From a virus (lineage: Duplodnaviria; Caudoviricetes): a DNA stretch of 64,000 nt. Position 1 is the first letter of the stretch. Each line of letters begins with the position of its first letter. The notes beneath the pieces are model-generated. The model did not search any database. It had not been told where the DNA came from and saw nothing but the letters and a program-made list of their open reading frames with translations. A program made the position numbers and the translations under genes. The stretch covers positions 160,001 through 224,000 of IMG/VR virus record IMGVR_UViG_3300021431_004524; one strand, written 5' to 3'. Shown piece by piece: positions 1 to 10,094 of the stretch.

Positions 1-420
1 GATGATGTTGCATATATCAGTATATCGGCTTCTGAGGAATGTGCGTTGGAACATTTCTATGATGTTACTGAGGCACACCATTATCTTCCGGATGCTGATA
101 ACGTTCTTAATCTTAATTTCGATGACATTACTGAGGATTTCACTTTTGAGAATATATGCGGTGAAGATGTAACCTATCATGCAATATCAGAGGAACAAGC
201 AAAACAAGTTATTGATTTTGTCGATAAGAATTTGGGAAAGCATTTAATCATCCATTGTCGTGCCGGTCAGTCAAGAAGTGCTGCTTGTGGTGTCGCTATT
301 GAGTGCTGCTATGGTGACATCTATAAAATAGAGGAACATAATCCATGTGACACTCCTAATCCCGATGTTTTGGCAAAGGTTAAACGTGCATTTTACGTGA
401 AAAACAACATTTTTCAATAA
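1..420 (+). CDS. Protein tyrosine/dual-specificity phosphatase (5'-partial)
   Basis: CX5R loop HCRAGQSRS; frame is open back to position 1 (DDVAYISIS...). Confidence 0.8.
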   Translation, partial: DDVAYISISASEECALEHFYDVTEAHHYLPDADNVLNLNFDDITEDFTFENICGEDVTYHAISEEQAKQVIDFVDKNLGKHLIIHCRAGQSRSAACGVAIECCYGDIYKIEEHNPCDTPNPDVLAKVKRAFYVKNNIFQ

Positions 421-435
421 TTTTAACGTTTTTTA

Positions 436-467
436 TTTGGATATTTCAGAAAAAGATAGTACCTTTG
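436..467 (+). promoter_or_regulatory. Bacteroidota sigmaA-type promoter
   Basis: TTTG 436-439, 20-nt spacer, TACCTTTG 460-467. Confidence 0.8.
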
Positions 468-504
468 CAGACAGGAAGAATAAAGCAATAGGATTTAAAT
501 TAAA

Positions 505-1356
505 ATGGTAAAAGATAAAGACCCACTGATAGAGATACAGTCACTTGAGCATAGGATGAACTATCTGATGTTACTTGATGAGGCGGAGAAGTTCGACGCT
601 GAACTTTTTAAACAGTCTTTTGGTGGTAAAAAGTCTGAAAATGAGGAAAATTATGTATTCGATGATGATGAATACATGGAATATGTATTGCTTAGAAAAG
701 AAGATACATTTTTACCGGTTGATTGTATGGCAGATGATGGCGGCTCATACAAAATGCGTAACCATCCCTTGTGGTTCCTGATGGCTAATGGCTATAATCG
801 TGATTATACAGAGTTTATTCCTATAACAGTGGATAAATTCACAAAAATTATTGGAAGGCATGACATTAAGGTAAGCCAATCTGATATTGAGAAGGTACGT
901 GAGTTCATCTATAACAACATGCGACTATTGGTTCAACTTGGTAACGATGAGATTGACAATGCTGACTTCATCGAGAATATGAACACTTATCAGCATAGAA
1001 TGGCTGAAAATGTGGAAAGAGAGTCATTAAACGAAATGACCAAATTAAGGGCAGAAAGAACTAATCTTCCAACTGATTTATGGGTCGATTATGAATGGCC
1101 ATCACGGACAGTTCAACATGGACCAAGAGTTAAATTTAAGGCCGAACAAGGAGTAAACGATAGCCGTGCCTTTCCACGCATTACACTTAATGGAAAGTTT
1201 GAAGTGTTGAATTTACCACAAAATACGTTTTTAAGTGCTAAAGATATACGACGTATAATTGAATTTATTAAACTTAATTATGATTTGTTTATTAAACTAA
1301 CAAATGGTGAAATCAATGTCAGTGTATTTAAAGACAGTATAATCCCACTGCCTTAG
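505..1356 (+). CDS. Hypothetical protein with a DUF4160-like C-terminal domain
   Basis: 283-aa ORF; C-terminal LNEM..L....TNLP..LWVD...QHGPRVKF pattern. Confidence 0.55.
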   Translation: MVKDKDPLIEIQSLEHRMNYLMLLDEAEKFDAELFKQSFGGKKSENEENYVFDDDEYMEYVLLRKEDTFLPVDCMADDGGSYKMRNHPLWFLMANGYNRDYTEFIPITVDKFTKIIGRHDIKVSQSDIEKVREFIYNNMRLLVQLGNDEIDNADFIENMNTYQHRMAENVERESLNEMTKLRAERTNLPTDLWVDYEWPSRTVQHGPRVKFKAEQGVNDSRAFPRITLNGKFEVLNLPQNTFLSAKDIRRIIEFIKLNYDLFIKLTNGEINVSVFKDSIIPLP

Positions 1357-1386
1357 TTAAAATAAAACAATAAGATTTAAATTAAA

Positions 1387-1860
1387 ATGAGTTCATATTT
1401 AAGTTTTTATTTGGTTCCGAAGAAAACTAAGAAGAAATACAGTTTCTCGACTGAAGGTGGTGAGAAAGAAGAGGAAATCGAGATTACAAAAGGTGTTCCG
1501 TTGCTTCTTATGTGTTATTCAAGGAATAATGAGGTATATCAAGCATATAATGATACTTTGAATCCTGCATATTGTGGCATGGAAGAGAAGTATAGTGAAT
1601 TGACATACGAAGATGCAAAACGTGTTGTTTCAGAGTATGAAAGTGACGTTAAGAGTACTGAGAAACGTCTTGAAGTAGCGTATAAGATGTTGAAAGAAAG
1701 CGGTTATCATGAAGATTTATATAGTGAAATTCAATCAAGTGAGAGGTATCTTGAAGAACAGAAAGGAATCCTTGAGGAATTGAAATTCATCGCAAATCTT
1801 GTATATGAGGCTACTCAGTCTTGGACAAATTTTGAAAAAGTGTTAATTAATATTGATTAA
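1387..1860 (+). CDS. Hypothetical protein
   Basis: 157-aa ORF, A-rich start context, tightly packed. Confidence 0.7.
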   Translation: MSSYLSFYLVPKKTKKKYSFSTEGGEKEEEIEITKGVPLLLMCYSRNNEVYQAYNDTLNPAYCGMEEKYSELTYEDAKRVVSEYESDVKSTEKRLEVAYKMLKESGYHEDLYSEIQSSERYLEEQKGILEELKFIANLVYEATQSWTNFEKVLINID

Positions 1861-1867
1861 GTAAAAA

Positions 1868-2098
1868 ATGGATAATAATGTAGTTTATATTGATTTTGGG
1901 GTTGCACCTTACGCATTACCTGATGTATGTGAAGCATTATTCAATAACGGTATAACCAATGCCTTCCTAACAGAAGAAGATGATGAAATACATGTAAGGT
2001 GGAAATATGATATTAATAGGGGAGCAAAACCATTAGTAGTAGGAAAAGGCCAATTGAGTGTGTCGGACAAAGGTTTAACTTTAACAGGTAATAAGTAA
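1868..2098 (+). CDS. Hypothetical protein
   Basis: 76-aa ORF in operon. Confidence 0.6.
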   Translation: MDNNVVYIDFGVAPYALPDVCEALFNNGITNAFLTEEDDEIHVRWKYDINRGAKPLVVGKGQLSVSDKGLTLTGNK

Positions 2099-2113
2099 AA
2101 ATATGCAACAAGT

Positions 2114-2500
2114 ATGGATTCGTTTACAGAGAATAAAATCAGATTAGTATTTGTAAAGGTTGGTCATTATATCTGTGAGAATGAAAACCATGAGGTATTG
2201 GCAAAGTTGATATTTGATAATCCGGAAAGAGTATTGGTTAAAAGTGCAATGTATAGTGATGGTTTTATTAAGATACAATATGAAGATATTGCCTCACTAT
2301 TAACTAATAGATATGAAGAATGTATTAAACTTGATAAAGAAAATCCGCAAACGTATCATATAAACTTCGGAACAGTTGTTACTATTGATGGTGTAAAGGA
2401 TTCTTTAAGACATGAAATAATGGTCAACAAAAATTCAATTAGTAATTCCGAAATGGTAACTATACTTAGGGAATTGGCAGATGAATTATCAGAAAAATAA
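2114..2500 (+). CDS. Hypothetical protein
   Basis: 128-aa ORF in operon. Confidence 0.65.
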   Translation: MDSFTENKIRLVFVKVGHYICENENHEVLAKLIFDNPERVLVKSAMYSDGFIKIQYEDIASLLTNRYEECIKLDKENPQTYHINFGTVVTIDGVKDSLRHEIMVNKNSISNSEMVTILRELADELSEK

Positions 2501-2512
2501 ATTTGAAATGAC

Positions 2513-3181
2513 ATGAAAAATGAAACAGATAAGAAGACCCAGCTGATGAACCACCTTCCGCAAGTATGGTTTACGGCTGACCTGCATTTTCATCATAAAA
2601 ACATCTTGAAGCATTGTCCTGAACGTGGAAAGGTAGGTGGATTTGAACCTGATGATGTTGAGTCACATGACAAGTGGCTATTGGAGAAATGGAATGAAAC
2701 TATTGGAAAGAAAGACATAGTATATGTATTAGGTGATTTTGCATTTGGCTCACCTGAGAATGTCAAGAAGTTACTTGGCAAGTTAAATGGTCAAAAATTT
2801 CTTATTTTAGGAAACCACGATAAATCATCAGAGCATCTTGAAGGTTATTTCAAGCAGATAACACAAATGAAATGTGTTACCTTTAAAAAGTCCAACTATG
2901 ATTTTCTTGATGAAGACTTTATGGTGTATATGTGTCACTATCCGATGATAACATGGCCAAGTAAACATTATGGGTGTGTGGAATGTCACGGGCATTCTCA
3001 CAATAGATTAACCGAGTATAATGAGGAATCACCTGACCTTAGAATAGATGTTGGAATTGATAATGGTTTTAAATTTTGGAGTTTGAAAGATGTTTATTCC
3101 TATTTCAAGGAAAAGACAAATGGTGAAAAATTCTTGCATTATGCAATGGAGAAAAAAGAACAAAGAGAAATGATTATTTAA
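2513..3181 (+). CDS. Calcineurin-like metallophosphoesterase
   Basis: DLHFHH, LGDF, GNHD, HYP and HGHSH motifs. Confidence 0.9.
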   Translation: MKNETDKKTQLMNHLPQVWFTADLHFHHKNILKHCPERGKVGGFEPDDVESHDKWLLEKWNETIGKKDIVYVLGDFAFGSPENVKKLLGKLNGQKFLILGNHDKSSEHLEGYFKQITQMKCVTFKKSNYDFLDEDFMVYMCHYPMITWPSKHYGCVECHGHSHNRLTEYNEESPDLRIDVGIDNGFKFWSLKDVYSYFKEKTNGEKFLHYAMEKKEQREMII

Positions 3182-3210
3182 ATTTTAATAACTTAAAAAG
3201 TAAAAGAATT

Positions 3211-3798
3211 ATGTGTAAGATTAAAATTGGAGACCAGGTGTTCGTCAAGGAAAACGGAGTGGTCGGTACAGTAGTAGGACGAGAGACAATTGCGCTGGAA
3301 GACAAGAAGGTGCGAGTAGAGTACGTAGTTAAGACCGGTGCTGGTTTTGAGAACTACAAGTCATTCACACGCAAGGAAATTGCAAAGACCCCAAAAGCAC
3401 TAACTGATGTGCCTGAGAAGACAGTCTATCCTCGTATTTACAACTATGAGCATAAGTGTGCTGATGGCCGTATTTTGGTTCTTACAGGTGTCGTGGATAC
3501 GTATTATGACGATATTACATCGTTTGAGACCTATGGTTCTTCACGTCTTGTTGAGGTTAATAAGGTGAAGCGTAAGGTGCTGTTTATCGGTTATTCGATT
3601 TGTCATCCTGATGACAGTAACAACAAGGAGATTGGGGCATCTATTGCTTTGCGCCGTGCATACGATAAGCCGCTTGCTATCTTCGAGTCACCATTTACCG
3701 GTGAGTTCCGTGAGGATTTCGTAACCGTTATTCTTAAGGCTAAGGCGCAGTTCGTTGAAGAGAACATTGATAGGTTTATCGAGAGGGATAAGAAATAA
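3211..3798 (+). CDS. Hypothetical phage protein
   Basis: 195-aa ORF; C-terminal GYSICHPDD...IG..IAL.RA motif typical of phage hypotheticals. Confidence 0.7.
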   Translation: MCKIKIGDQVFVKENGVVGTVVGRETIALEDKKVRVEYVVKTGAGFENYKSFTRKEIAKTPKALTDVPEKTVYPRIYNYEHKCADGRILVLTGVVDTYYDDITSFETYGSSRLVEVNKVKRKVLFIGYSICHPDDSNNKEIGASIALRRAYDKPLAIFESPFTGEFREDFVTVILKAKAQFVEENIDRFIERDKK

Positions 3799-3847
3799 TT
3801 TACAATCAAGCCAATTAGATAAATTAAGTAGTTAAACATTTATTTTG

Positions 3848-3882
3848 GCATAGACCGTTCGTGAGAATAGTCTATGTTTTTT
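3848..3882 (+). terminator. Intrinsic terminator with GNRA-capped hairpin
   Basis: CATAGAC-cg-TTC-GTGA-GAA-ta-GTCTATG followed by T6. Confidence 0.75.
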
Positions 3883-3932
3883 ATTGATAATTCCATATAC
3901 CTTATTATATATTATATATAAAGAGAATTTTT

Positions 3933-4730
3933 ATGGCAAAGAGTGTATTTAGGACAGTGTTAGTGATTGGTGATAACCATGAGGAATTAATTAAGAAGTA
4001 TTCAGCCGATACAAAGGTGGAAGAACATGTAAAATGTAGATTGGATGATGCTGAACATCTTCATAAGTCGTTTCTTAAATTAATTGAGACTATTTTGGAA
4101 AGTAAAGACCTTAATATAAGTGAGAACCAAAGGGATAACTATAAGAAGTTATATCTCAACATTAAGGAAATGAGTGATTTTGAGTATTATCAGTATTACA
4201 CAAAGGGCTGTAAGTATGATGAAGAAACCGGTGATGCATTGACTGATGAAAACCCAAACGCCCATTATCGTGCTGAAAGGTGTTATGAGAATCGTTTAAG
4301 AAATCATAATGAAGAAGGTCCTTTCAGTAATCCGTTTTGGCTTAATGATGCCACGAAGTCATATTCAGCAAGGTTCAATGACATTTGTTGGAAGAGAATA
4401 CACATGTATGACAAGGAAACTGAGATATACAAGAGGGCATGGGAACTTGTTGTAGATGATGATGAGCCGAAAGATGAAAAGGAGGTAAGAATAAAGACGA
4501 ACATGATTGGTAAACTTGGATATTTCCTTAATTTCAAAGATAAGGACGAATACATCAGGCATTCTTGTTCATTCTGGTGCTATGGTGTAGTTACCGAAGA
4601 TGGTTATGATGAAGTCACCTATCAAGTTTCAGATAAGGATTGGGTTGCTAATTTCTATGATAAATACATTAAGAATATCAAGGGAAATCCACTATTAACA
4701 ATATATGAGGTAAGAAGCCTTAATGATTAA
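3933..4730 (+). CDS. Hypothetical protein
   Basis: 265-aa ORF. Confidence 0.7.
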   Translation: MAKSVFRTVLVIGDNHEELIKKYSADTKVEEHVKCRLDDAEHLHKSFLKLIETILESKDLNISENQRDNYKKLYLNIKEMSDFEYYQYYTKGCKYDEETGDALTDENPNAHYRAERCYENRLRNHNEEGPFSNPFWLNDATKSYSARFNDICWKRIHMYDKETEIYKRAWELVVDDDEPKDEKEVRIKTNMIGKLGYFLNFKDKDEYIRHSCSFWCYGVVTEDGYDEVTYQVSDKDWVANFYDKYIKNIKGNPLLTIYEVRSLND

Positions 4731-4750
4731 CAAAAATTAACTGAGATTAT

Positions 4751-4781
4751 TTTGTAATCTCTGTTTTTTGTAGTATCTTTG
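4751..4781 (+). promoter_or_regulatory. sigmaA-type promoter overlapping a terminator-like hairpin
   Basis: TTTG 4751-4754, 19 nt, TATCTTTG 4774-4781; GAGATTA/TAATCTC stem plus T-run overlaps it. Confidence 0.7.
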
Positions 4782-4802
4782 CATAAAATTTATAATTAGT
4801 GT

Positions 4803-5033
4803 ATGAAATACGGCTATTTAATTGCTTATAGTGATAAAGATGGAAAGACATTCAACGGGCAACCTTGGATACATCCATCAAATCCTTTGAGGAAAAAAGA
4901 TATTATAAGGGAATATATTTTTATAAACAATGTAGTTAAGGCCGCTGTATCAATACCTTTCAGAGTTGAGTTGAATAATATTCCTGAAGAGATTTCTTGG
5001 AATTTTGCACGTGAAAATGAAATAACAATTTAA
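4803..5033 (+). CDS. Hypothetical protein
   Basis: 76-aa ORF directly after promoter. Confidence 0.6.
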   Translation: MKYGYLIAYSDKDGKTFNGQPWIHPSNPLRKKDIIREYIFINNVVKAAVSIPFRVELNNIPEEISWNFARENEITI

Positions 5034-5039
5034 TTTAAC

Positions 5040-5354
5040 ATGGATAGGGAAAATATTTTAAATGAGATTTACTCTCTTATTTTGGAGAATGGCGTTTTTA
5101 CTGAGAAAATTGATGTGCTTGAAGAGGACAACAGAGTCTACACTAAAAAGATTCCTGTTGATATTATGCTTGATGGCAATAAAATCAAGTTTGTTTCTGT
5201 AAGTGGATATAACGAGGATTTGTCTGATACCTCTTATAATGATTTAAGAATTAATATTCTGAATTACAGTGGCGGATTTCTTAATTTATTCTGTGCATCC
5301 GTCAGTGATGAAGTATTGTATAACATTTTGACTTCTTTAAAAAATAATGCATAA
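5040..5354 (+). CDS. Hypothetical protein
   Basis: 104-aa ORF overlapping the next start. Confidence 0.6.
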   Translation: MDRENILNEIYSLILENGVFTEKIDVLEEDNRVYTKKIPVDIMLDGNKIKFVSVSGYNEDLSDTSYNDLRINILNYSGGFLNLFCASVSDEVLYNILTSLKNNA

Positions 5355-5898
5355 TAAGAAAGAATTGATAACCAAAGGTAAACACCTTGCGTTTTTGCTT
5401 AGGCATGATTTGGATGCCTTTAAAGCCGGACTTATAGATAAGAATGGTTGGAGAAGCGTTTCGGAACTTATCAGGGAACAAGGCTATACAAAACAGTTAT
5501 TGGAAGAAATAACTGATACTAACGAGAAAAAAAGGTATGAATTCAATCTTGATAAAAGTAAAATACGTGCGAGACAAGGACATTCAATACCCGTTGATGT
5601 AGAGTTAAGGGAAAGTGTTCCACCGGATGTACTATATCACGGAACAGCATCAAGATTTGTTGATTCAATACTTAAAAACGGTATTTTGAGCGGTAGTAGG
5701 CTGTATGTACACCTTTCAAGTGATAAGGAAACTGCAATTAAAGTTGGCAGCAGACATGGTACACCAGAAGTATTGAAAGTAGATGCAAAAGCAATGTATA
5801 ACGATGGATATCGATTCTTTATATCAAATAATGACGTATGGTTAACAAAAGAAGTACCCACAAAATATATCTTACTACTGTCTATTAAAAATGTTTGA
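5347..5898 (+). CDS. kptA: RNA 2'-phosphotransferase (Tpt1/KptA)
   Basis: LLRH, KKRY, IRARQGHS, LYHGT, R.YVHLS, GSRHG and NDVWL motifs. Confidence 0.92.
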   Translation: MHNKKELITKGKHLAFLLRHDLDAFKAGLIDKNGWRSVSELIREQGYTKQLLEEITDTNEKKRYEFNLDKSKIRARQGHSIPVDVELRESVPPDVLYHGTASRFVDSILKNGILSGSRLYVHLSSDKETAIKVGSRHGTPEVLKVDAKAMYNDGYRFFISNNDVWLTKEVPTKYILLLSIKNV

Positions 5899-5930
5899 AC
5901 ATATTTATAATCATAAAAAAAAGATTAGTT

Positions 5931-7091
5931 ATGAGGAAAGTTTTTTATTTAATTTTGTTTGGAATTTCTATGGTTTTCGCATCATGTACTCGTGATGTGG
6001 ATTACGACTATGGAAAGTATGAGACGGATAAGTACAATTCCGCTTTCGTAAAAACATTTGGTGAGCCTGCAAGTAATCAGACTTGGGGTTTTGGCAATAG
6101 TACTACTGCAACAACACGTGGTGCTTACACTAATTCGAATATGTGGGAATCTGACGGCTATACAATTCCTCAGAGTATAACACAGGATGAGATTAACAGA
6201 GTACTTGAAGTATTCAATGTTAAGGGTAATGAAAAATATACGGCATTAGTTGATTGGGATTGCTTCTTTGTTCAGCAAGTTTGGAAAGGAACAGCATCTT
6301 ATACAGCCGGAAATGGTGGAACCGTTGTTGGTGGAAATCAGATGAATTGGTTGTGTGCATATGACCCGGCGGGTCATGATGACCATGTGAATAACTTTAA
6401 CAATGCAAATGGAAGTATCATGTTAATGGTTAATAGCTCAACAAGCCGTTTCGGTTACAAGTCATCAACTGACAATGGTCATGTATTCTACTATTTCAGA
6501 ATGGAGAAGATTAATGGTGCTTACTATGTAGGCTTTGACTTCTCTGCTGAAGGACAGAATACAAATGAGCAAGTTCAGCGTGATTTGATTTATAATGACT
6601 GGATTGTAAAGATTGTACCTGGTTATGGTTCTAATCCTCCTTCCAACAAACTCCGTATCATGGCAGAAGACCTTAGTGCATCAGAGGGCACTGACTTTGA
6701 CTTCAATGATGTCGTGATTGACGTTAATATCGAAAACGGAAATGCATATTGTTCACTTCTTGCTGCCGGTGGAACATTGCCACTTCGTATTGCAGGTTCG
6801 GATGATTTAGAGGTTCATAAACTGTTTGGTGTTCCGGTAAAAGAAATGGTTAATACAAAGGCCGGTCATCATCATGACTATGCTGCCGTTCCATTTGTTC
6901 TTAATGGTGTTACAGATGCGCAGAACATTAAACTTGAGGTAAAAAAGAATGGTCAGTGGCTTGAAATGACTGCAAGACAAGGACAACCAGCCGCTAAGAT
7001 TGCAGTACCACAGAGCGTAGATTGGTGCAATGAACGGCAAGGTATCAATTTCGGTGGATGGGTACAAGATGTAAATTACATTTGGTGGTAA
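5931..7091 (+). CDS. Bacteroidota-type lipoprotein with DUF4842/LruC-like domain
   Basis: Likely start MRKVFYL at 5931; lipobox FASC; AEDL...DFDFNDVV and AAGGTLPL motifs. Confidence 0.7.
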   Translation: MRKVFYLILFGISMVFASCTRDVDYDYGKYETDKYNSAFVKTFGEPASNQTWGFGNSTTATTRGAYTNSNMWESDGYTIPQSITQDEINRVLEVFNVKGNEKYTALVDWDCFFVQQVWKGTASYTAGNGGTVVGGNQMNWLCAYDPAGHDDHVNNFNNANGSIMLMVNSSTSRFGYKSSTDNGHVFYYFRMEKINGAYYVGFDFSAEGQNTNEQVQRDLIYNDWIVKIVPGYGSNPPSNKLRIMAEDLSASEGTDFDFNDVVIDVNIENGNAYCSLLAAGGTLPLRIAGSDDLEVHKLFGVPVKEMVNTKAGHHHDYAAVPFVLNGVTDAQNIKLEVKKNGQWLEMTARQGQPAAKIAVPQSVDWCNERQGINFGGWVQDVNYIWW

Positions 7092-7102
7092 TAAAAAAAA
7101 AC

Positions 7103-7134
7103 AAAAGGTGGACTCTTAATTGAATCCACCTTTT
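7103..7134. terminator. Bidirectional intrinsic terminator
   Basis: AAAAGGTGGA...TCCACCTTTT between convergent genes. Confidence 0.8.
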
Positions 7135-7336
7135 AAATTTCCTTATAAACGATATCGTTTATTGTCGGTTTGTAAATCACATTTCCGTCATCATCTATTA
7201 GAGTATATTTTCTGACATCATCCTCATTTATCAAATACACTACATAATCATATATTTGATATCCGTCTAGAAAAGACCATCGACCTTTATCTGATACAAG
7301 TTTGAGTAGTTTCATTTTTTCTTTTATCCAATCCAT
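7133..7336 (-). CDS. Hypothetical protein
   Basis: 67-aa ORF overlapping the lysin stop. Confidence 0.5.
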   Translation of the reverse strand: MDWIKEKMKLLKLVSDKGRWSFLDGYQIYDYVVYLINEDDVRKYTLIDDDGNVIYKPTINDIVYKEI

Positions 7337-7836
7337 TTGAAATCATTCAAGCGATTTAACCAACCTTGAAGGAATACTTTGCTAGCCGGACGGTTTTTAA
7401 CAATGTCTTCAAAATGTTTCTTACGTCTATTCCATAGTTTTTGGAATAATTCTTTCTGATTTGGATAATTATTAAGTGCAGTAAGTGTTTTAGTACCTAC
7501 TTTACCGTCAGCAGTTACTCCTAACACCGCTTGTGGGTATTTGATACCATACACACCACTTGTCCATAACCAGTCGACCACAATGTTGGCAATTGATTGG
7601 CATTCGATTTTATCTGCTTGCCATCTATCCCAAAAATGAACTTTGAAAATATAGTTCCATTGTTCTTCAGTCATATTTTTGAGGTCATTAACGGTTTTTG
7701 ACTTACCATAGATTGAGCGGAATGTTGATAATGTAACACCCCATTTAGTAGCACCTCCGGGGTCAGCAGGGTGATTTGCGAAGGTGTTTCCCTCCCATTT
7801 TCTTACAATTGGTTTCAGTTTCTTGTAGTCTGACAT
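7324..7836 (-). CDS. GH108 lysozyme (endolysin) with C-terminal peptidoglycan-binding domain
   Basis: WEG...HPADPGGATKWGVT; DG.VG.KT; F..GWLNR. Confidence 0.9.
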   Translation of the reverse strand: MSDYKKLKPIVRKWEGNTFANHPADPGGATKWGVTLSTFRSIYGKSKTVNDLKNMTEEQWNYIFKVHFWDRWQADKIECQSIANIVVDWLWTSGVYGIKYPQAVLGVTADGKVGTKTLTALNNYPNQKELFQKLWNRRKKHFEDIVKNRPASKVFLQGWLNRLNDFKWIG

Positions 7837-7905
7837 CTTGTTACTATTTATGTGTTTTATTTTATATAAATAAATATATTATTTAACAATCTTTAAGACA
7901 AATTA

Positions 7906-7937
7906 TTTGGTCATTTCAGATAATAATAGTACCTTTG
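7906..7937 (+). promoter_or_regulatory. sigmaA-type promoter
   Basis: TTTG 7906-7909, 20 nt, TACCTTTG 7930-7937. Confidence 0.8.
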
Positions 7938-7964
7938 CATCGTTTTTATTAATGTACATCAATT

Positions 7965-8207
7965 ATGAAATTAATTAATTTAATTGGCGGATTTTTACAT
8001 CAACATTTTGAGGATTTTACCAAGCCTCTTGTTCTAACTCTTGCGTTTTTTGGAATTCTATTTGCAGTTGTCGGACATTATGGTACTATTGGTTTTAATC
8101 TGAAATGGTTTTTATTTTTTGAATTACCTTTATATCTGTTCTGTATATGGGCTTTATATGTGACATATAAATTATATAAGAAAGCGAAGAAATTTAACAA
8201 AAATTAA
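7965..8207 (+). CDS. Small membrane protein (2 TM, basic C-tail)
   Basis: Two hydrophobic segments and a KKAKK tail. Confidence 0.6.
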   Translation: MKLINLIGGFLHQHFEDFTKPLVLTLAFFGILFAVVGHYGTIGFNLKWFLFFELPLYLFCIWALYVTYKLYKKAKKFNKN

Positions 8208-8216
8208 CAGAAAATA

Positions 8217-8248
8217 TTTGGTACTTTTAAAAATTCATAGTATCTTTG
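8217..8248 (+). promoter_or_regulatory. sigmaA-type promoter
   Basis: TTTG 8217-8220, 20 nt, TATCTTTG 8241-8248. Confidence 0.8.
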
Positions 8249-8278
8249 CACACAAATTAAGTAAAAAATATAAAAACT

Positions 8279-8977
8279 ATGGCAAAAGGAAATTTTTTGA
8301 AGGCAATTGCAAGTGCATTTGTTGAAGTACAAGACGAAGAGGGACAAGTAAATGAAGGCCAGAGTACGCCTCCGACTTCAATTGTTTCACCTGTTATGGC
8401 AACGCCTGTTCAATCTGCACCGACAGTCGGACAACCCGTCGTAAATTCAGACGGTACAATTCAGGGACAACTTGATAATAAACTGTTTGAACAACTTTGT
8501 GAGGTTGTAGAGGAAAGCAATATTCCCGGACCTGACTATGTTGAACTTACCAAGGCTGCACAGAATGATGCGATTAAGGCTGTTATTCCTGATGAGAACG
8601 CCCGTTTCATGACAGCATACATCAGTATCAAGGCTACTGCCCCACAGTTAACTAAAAAGGTCGTACTTGACAGTATTGACAGTTATGTTAAGATTCTTGA
8701 GAATGAGCGAAAGAACGGTTTGGAGGAACTCCATACAAAGTGGGTTGAGAACGTTGAGAATCCGGAGAATGAGGTTACGGCTGCACAGGAGGAAATCGTA
8801 ACACTGCAAAAGAAACTCCAAGACAAGATTCAATTTGTTGCTGAACAGAAGACGAAGATTGCGAACGCTAAGAATGAGCATAACATCAAGAAGGCTAATT
8901 TCAACTTCACGTTTGATGTATTTGTCAAGAAACTTTTGGATGATAAGGCACGACTTGATTCAATTCTTCAAGATTAA
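8279..8977 (+). CDS. Coiled-coil protein associated with the PspA-like/ABC module
   Basis: Amphipathic N-terminus, P/T-rich linker, C-terminal heptads. Confidence 0.65.
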   Translation: MAKGNFLKAIASAFVEVQDEEGQVNEGQSTPPTSIVSPVMATPVQSAPTVGQPVVNSDGTIQGQLDNKLFEQLCEVVEESNIPGPDYVELTKAAQNDAIKAVIPDENARFMTAYISIKATAPQLTKKVVLDSIDSYVKILENERKNGLEELHTKWVENVENPENEVTAAQEEIVTLQKKLQDKIQFVAEQKTKIANAKNEHNIKKANFNFTFDVFVKKLLDDKARLDSILQD

Positions 8978-9004
8978 TTAACTAATAAAAAAGAATAGAA
9001 AGAT

Positions 9005-10075
9005 ATGAATGATTTAATGGTGACAAACAATTCACAGACTAAAATTTCACCTTGGGAGAAGCCGGGTGGTACACTTGGCTTGGTAGTAGCTGGCGGTGCT
9101 GTGGCCGGTGGTGCTATACTGTTGTATAAGATTCTGCCGTTTCTTATCACACTGACAACCAATATCCTTACACTTGGTATGCTTGTGGCTGTATTGTCCG
9201 GTATTGCATTCCTTATTTCGGATAAGAGGTTTAGGAAAACAGTATCAATGGTGTATTTCCTTATTATGCGTAAGATTACAGGTCTTATCATCGAAATTGA
9301 CCCAATTGCCATTGTAGAGGCTAAGGTTAAGGAAATGAAGGAGAAAATCTTGGTAATCGAGAAACAGATGGGTAATATCAAGGGTCTTATTACGCAGAAT
9401 CAACGTAGAGTCGATGATAAAAAGGCTGAATTGGAGAAGCAACTTGGTATGCTTAAGCAGTATGAGCAGCGCAATATGCTTGACCGTGCAAAAGTTACAC
9501 AGCGTCAGGTAGTACGTCTGCAAGGTGCTGTTGAGAGACAGTCAAAGCGTCTTGAGGACTCGAAGAAATGGATGGAAATCCTTAAAAAGTTGAAAGAGCG
9601 TGCTGATTTGGTTGTCGTTGACACTGAAAATGAGGTTAATGACCGTAAGGAGGAATATGAGTCAATCAAGGCACAACATAAGGCCTTCTCTTCAATTATG
9701 TCTATCATTAAGGGTAATCCTGATGATTTGGAGGACTTCACTCATGCAATGGACTACATGGCTTACGATATTTCCATGCGACTTGGCGAAATGTCTAATG
9801 TCATTGACGAGACCGGTGGCTTGCTCTCACAGATTAGTGTTGAGGACGGTGTAACATCGGAAAAGGCTGCACAGTTGCTTCAGAAGTATGAGAATGAGGG
9901 TATTGAGGGTTTGTTCAGTACAAATAATACGGAAACATATAAGACAAAGGCTGTCGAGAATCAAAAGGCCGTGTTTGACCTTAATTCACTTAATAGTGCA
10001 AGGTATGAGGAACAAGTACCAATTGAGGTTAATACATCTGAGAAAGCCCCTGCCAAGAGAAGTTATTTCAATTGA
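9005..10075 (+). CDS. Membrane-anchored PspA/IM30-like coiled-coil protein
   Basis: N-terminal TM segments, then DP..I.E..V.EM.. and a long coiled coil. Confidence 0.6.
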   Translation: MNDLMVTNNSQTKISPWEKPGGTLGLVVAGGAVAGGAILLYKILPFLITLTTNILTLGMLVAVLSGIAFLISDKRFRKTVSMVYFLIMRKITGLIIEIDPIAIVEAKVKEMKEKILVIEKQMGNIKGLITQNQRRVDDKKAELEKQLGMLKQYEQRNMLDRAKVTQRQVVRLQGAVERQSKRLEDSKKWMEILKKLKERADLVVVDTENEVNDRKEEYESIKAQHKAFSSIMSIIKGNPDDLEDFTHAMDYMAYDISMRLGEMSNVIDETGGLLSQISVEDGVTSEKAAQLLQKYENEGIEGLFSTNNTETYKTKAVENQKAVFDLNSLNSARYEEQVPIEVNTSEKAPAKRSYFN

Positions 10076-10094
10076 TATAAAATAGGTTAATAAT

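Noticed and set aside
7965-8207. Holin
   Set aside because: It has 2 TM segments and lies next to the lysin, but is divergently transcribed from a host-type promoter; evidence is insufficient
8974-9381. Antisense or alternate-frame ORFs from the track (also 575, 14546, 24659, 39538, 43038 and similar)
   Set aside because: They overlap well-supported genes and show no motifs; they look like shadow ORFs
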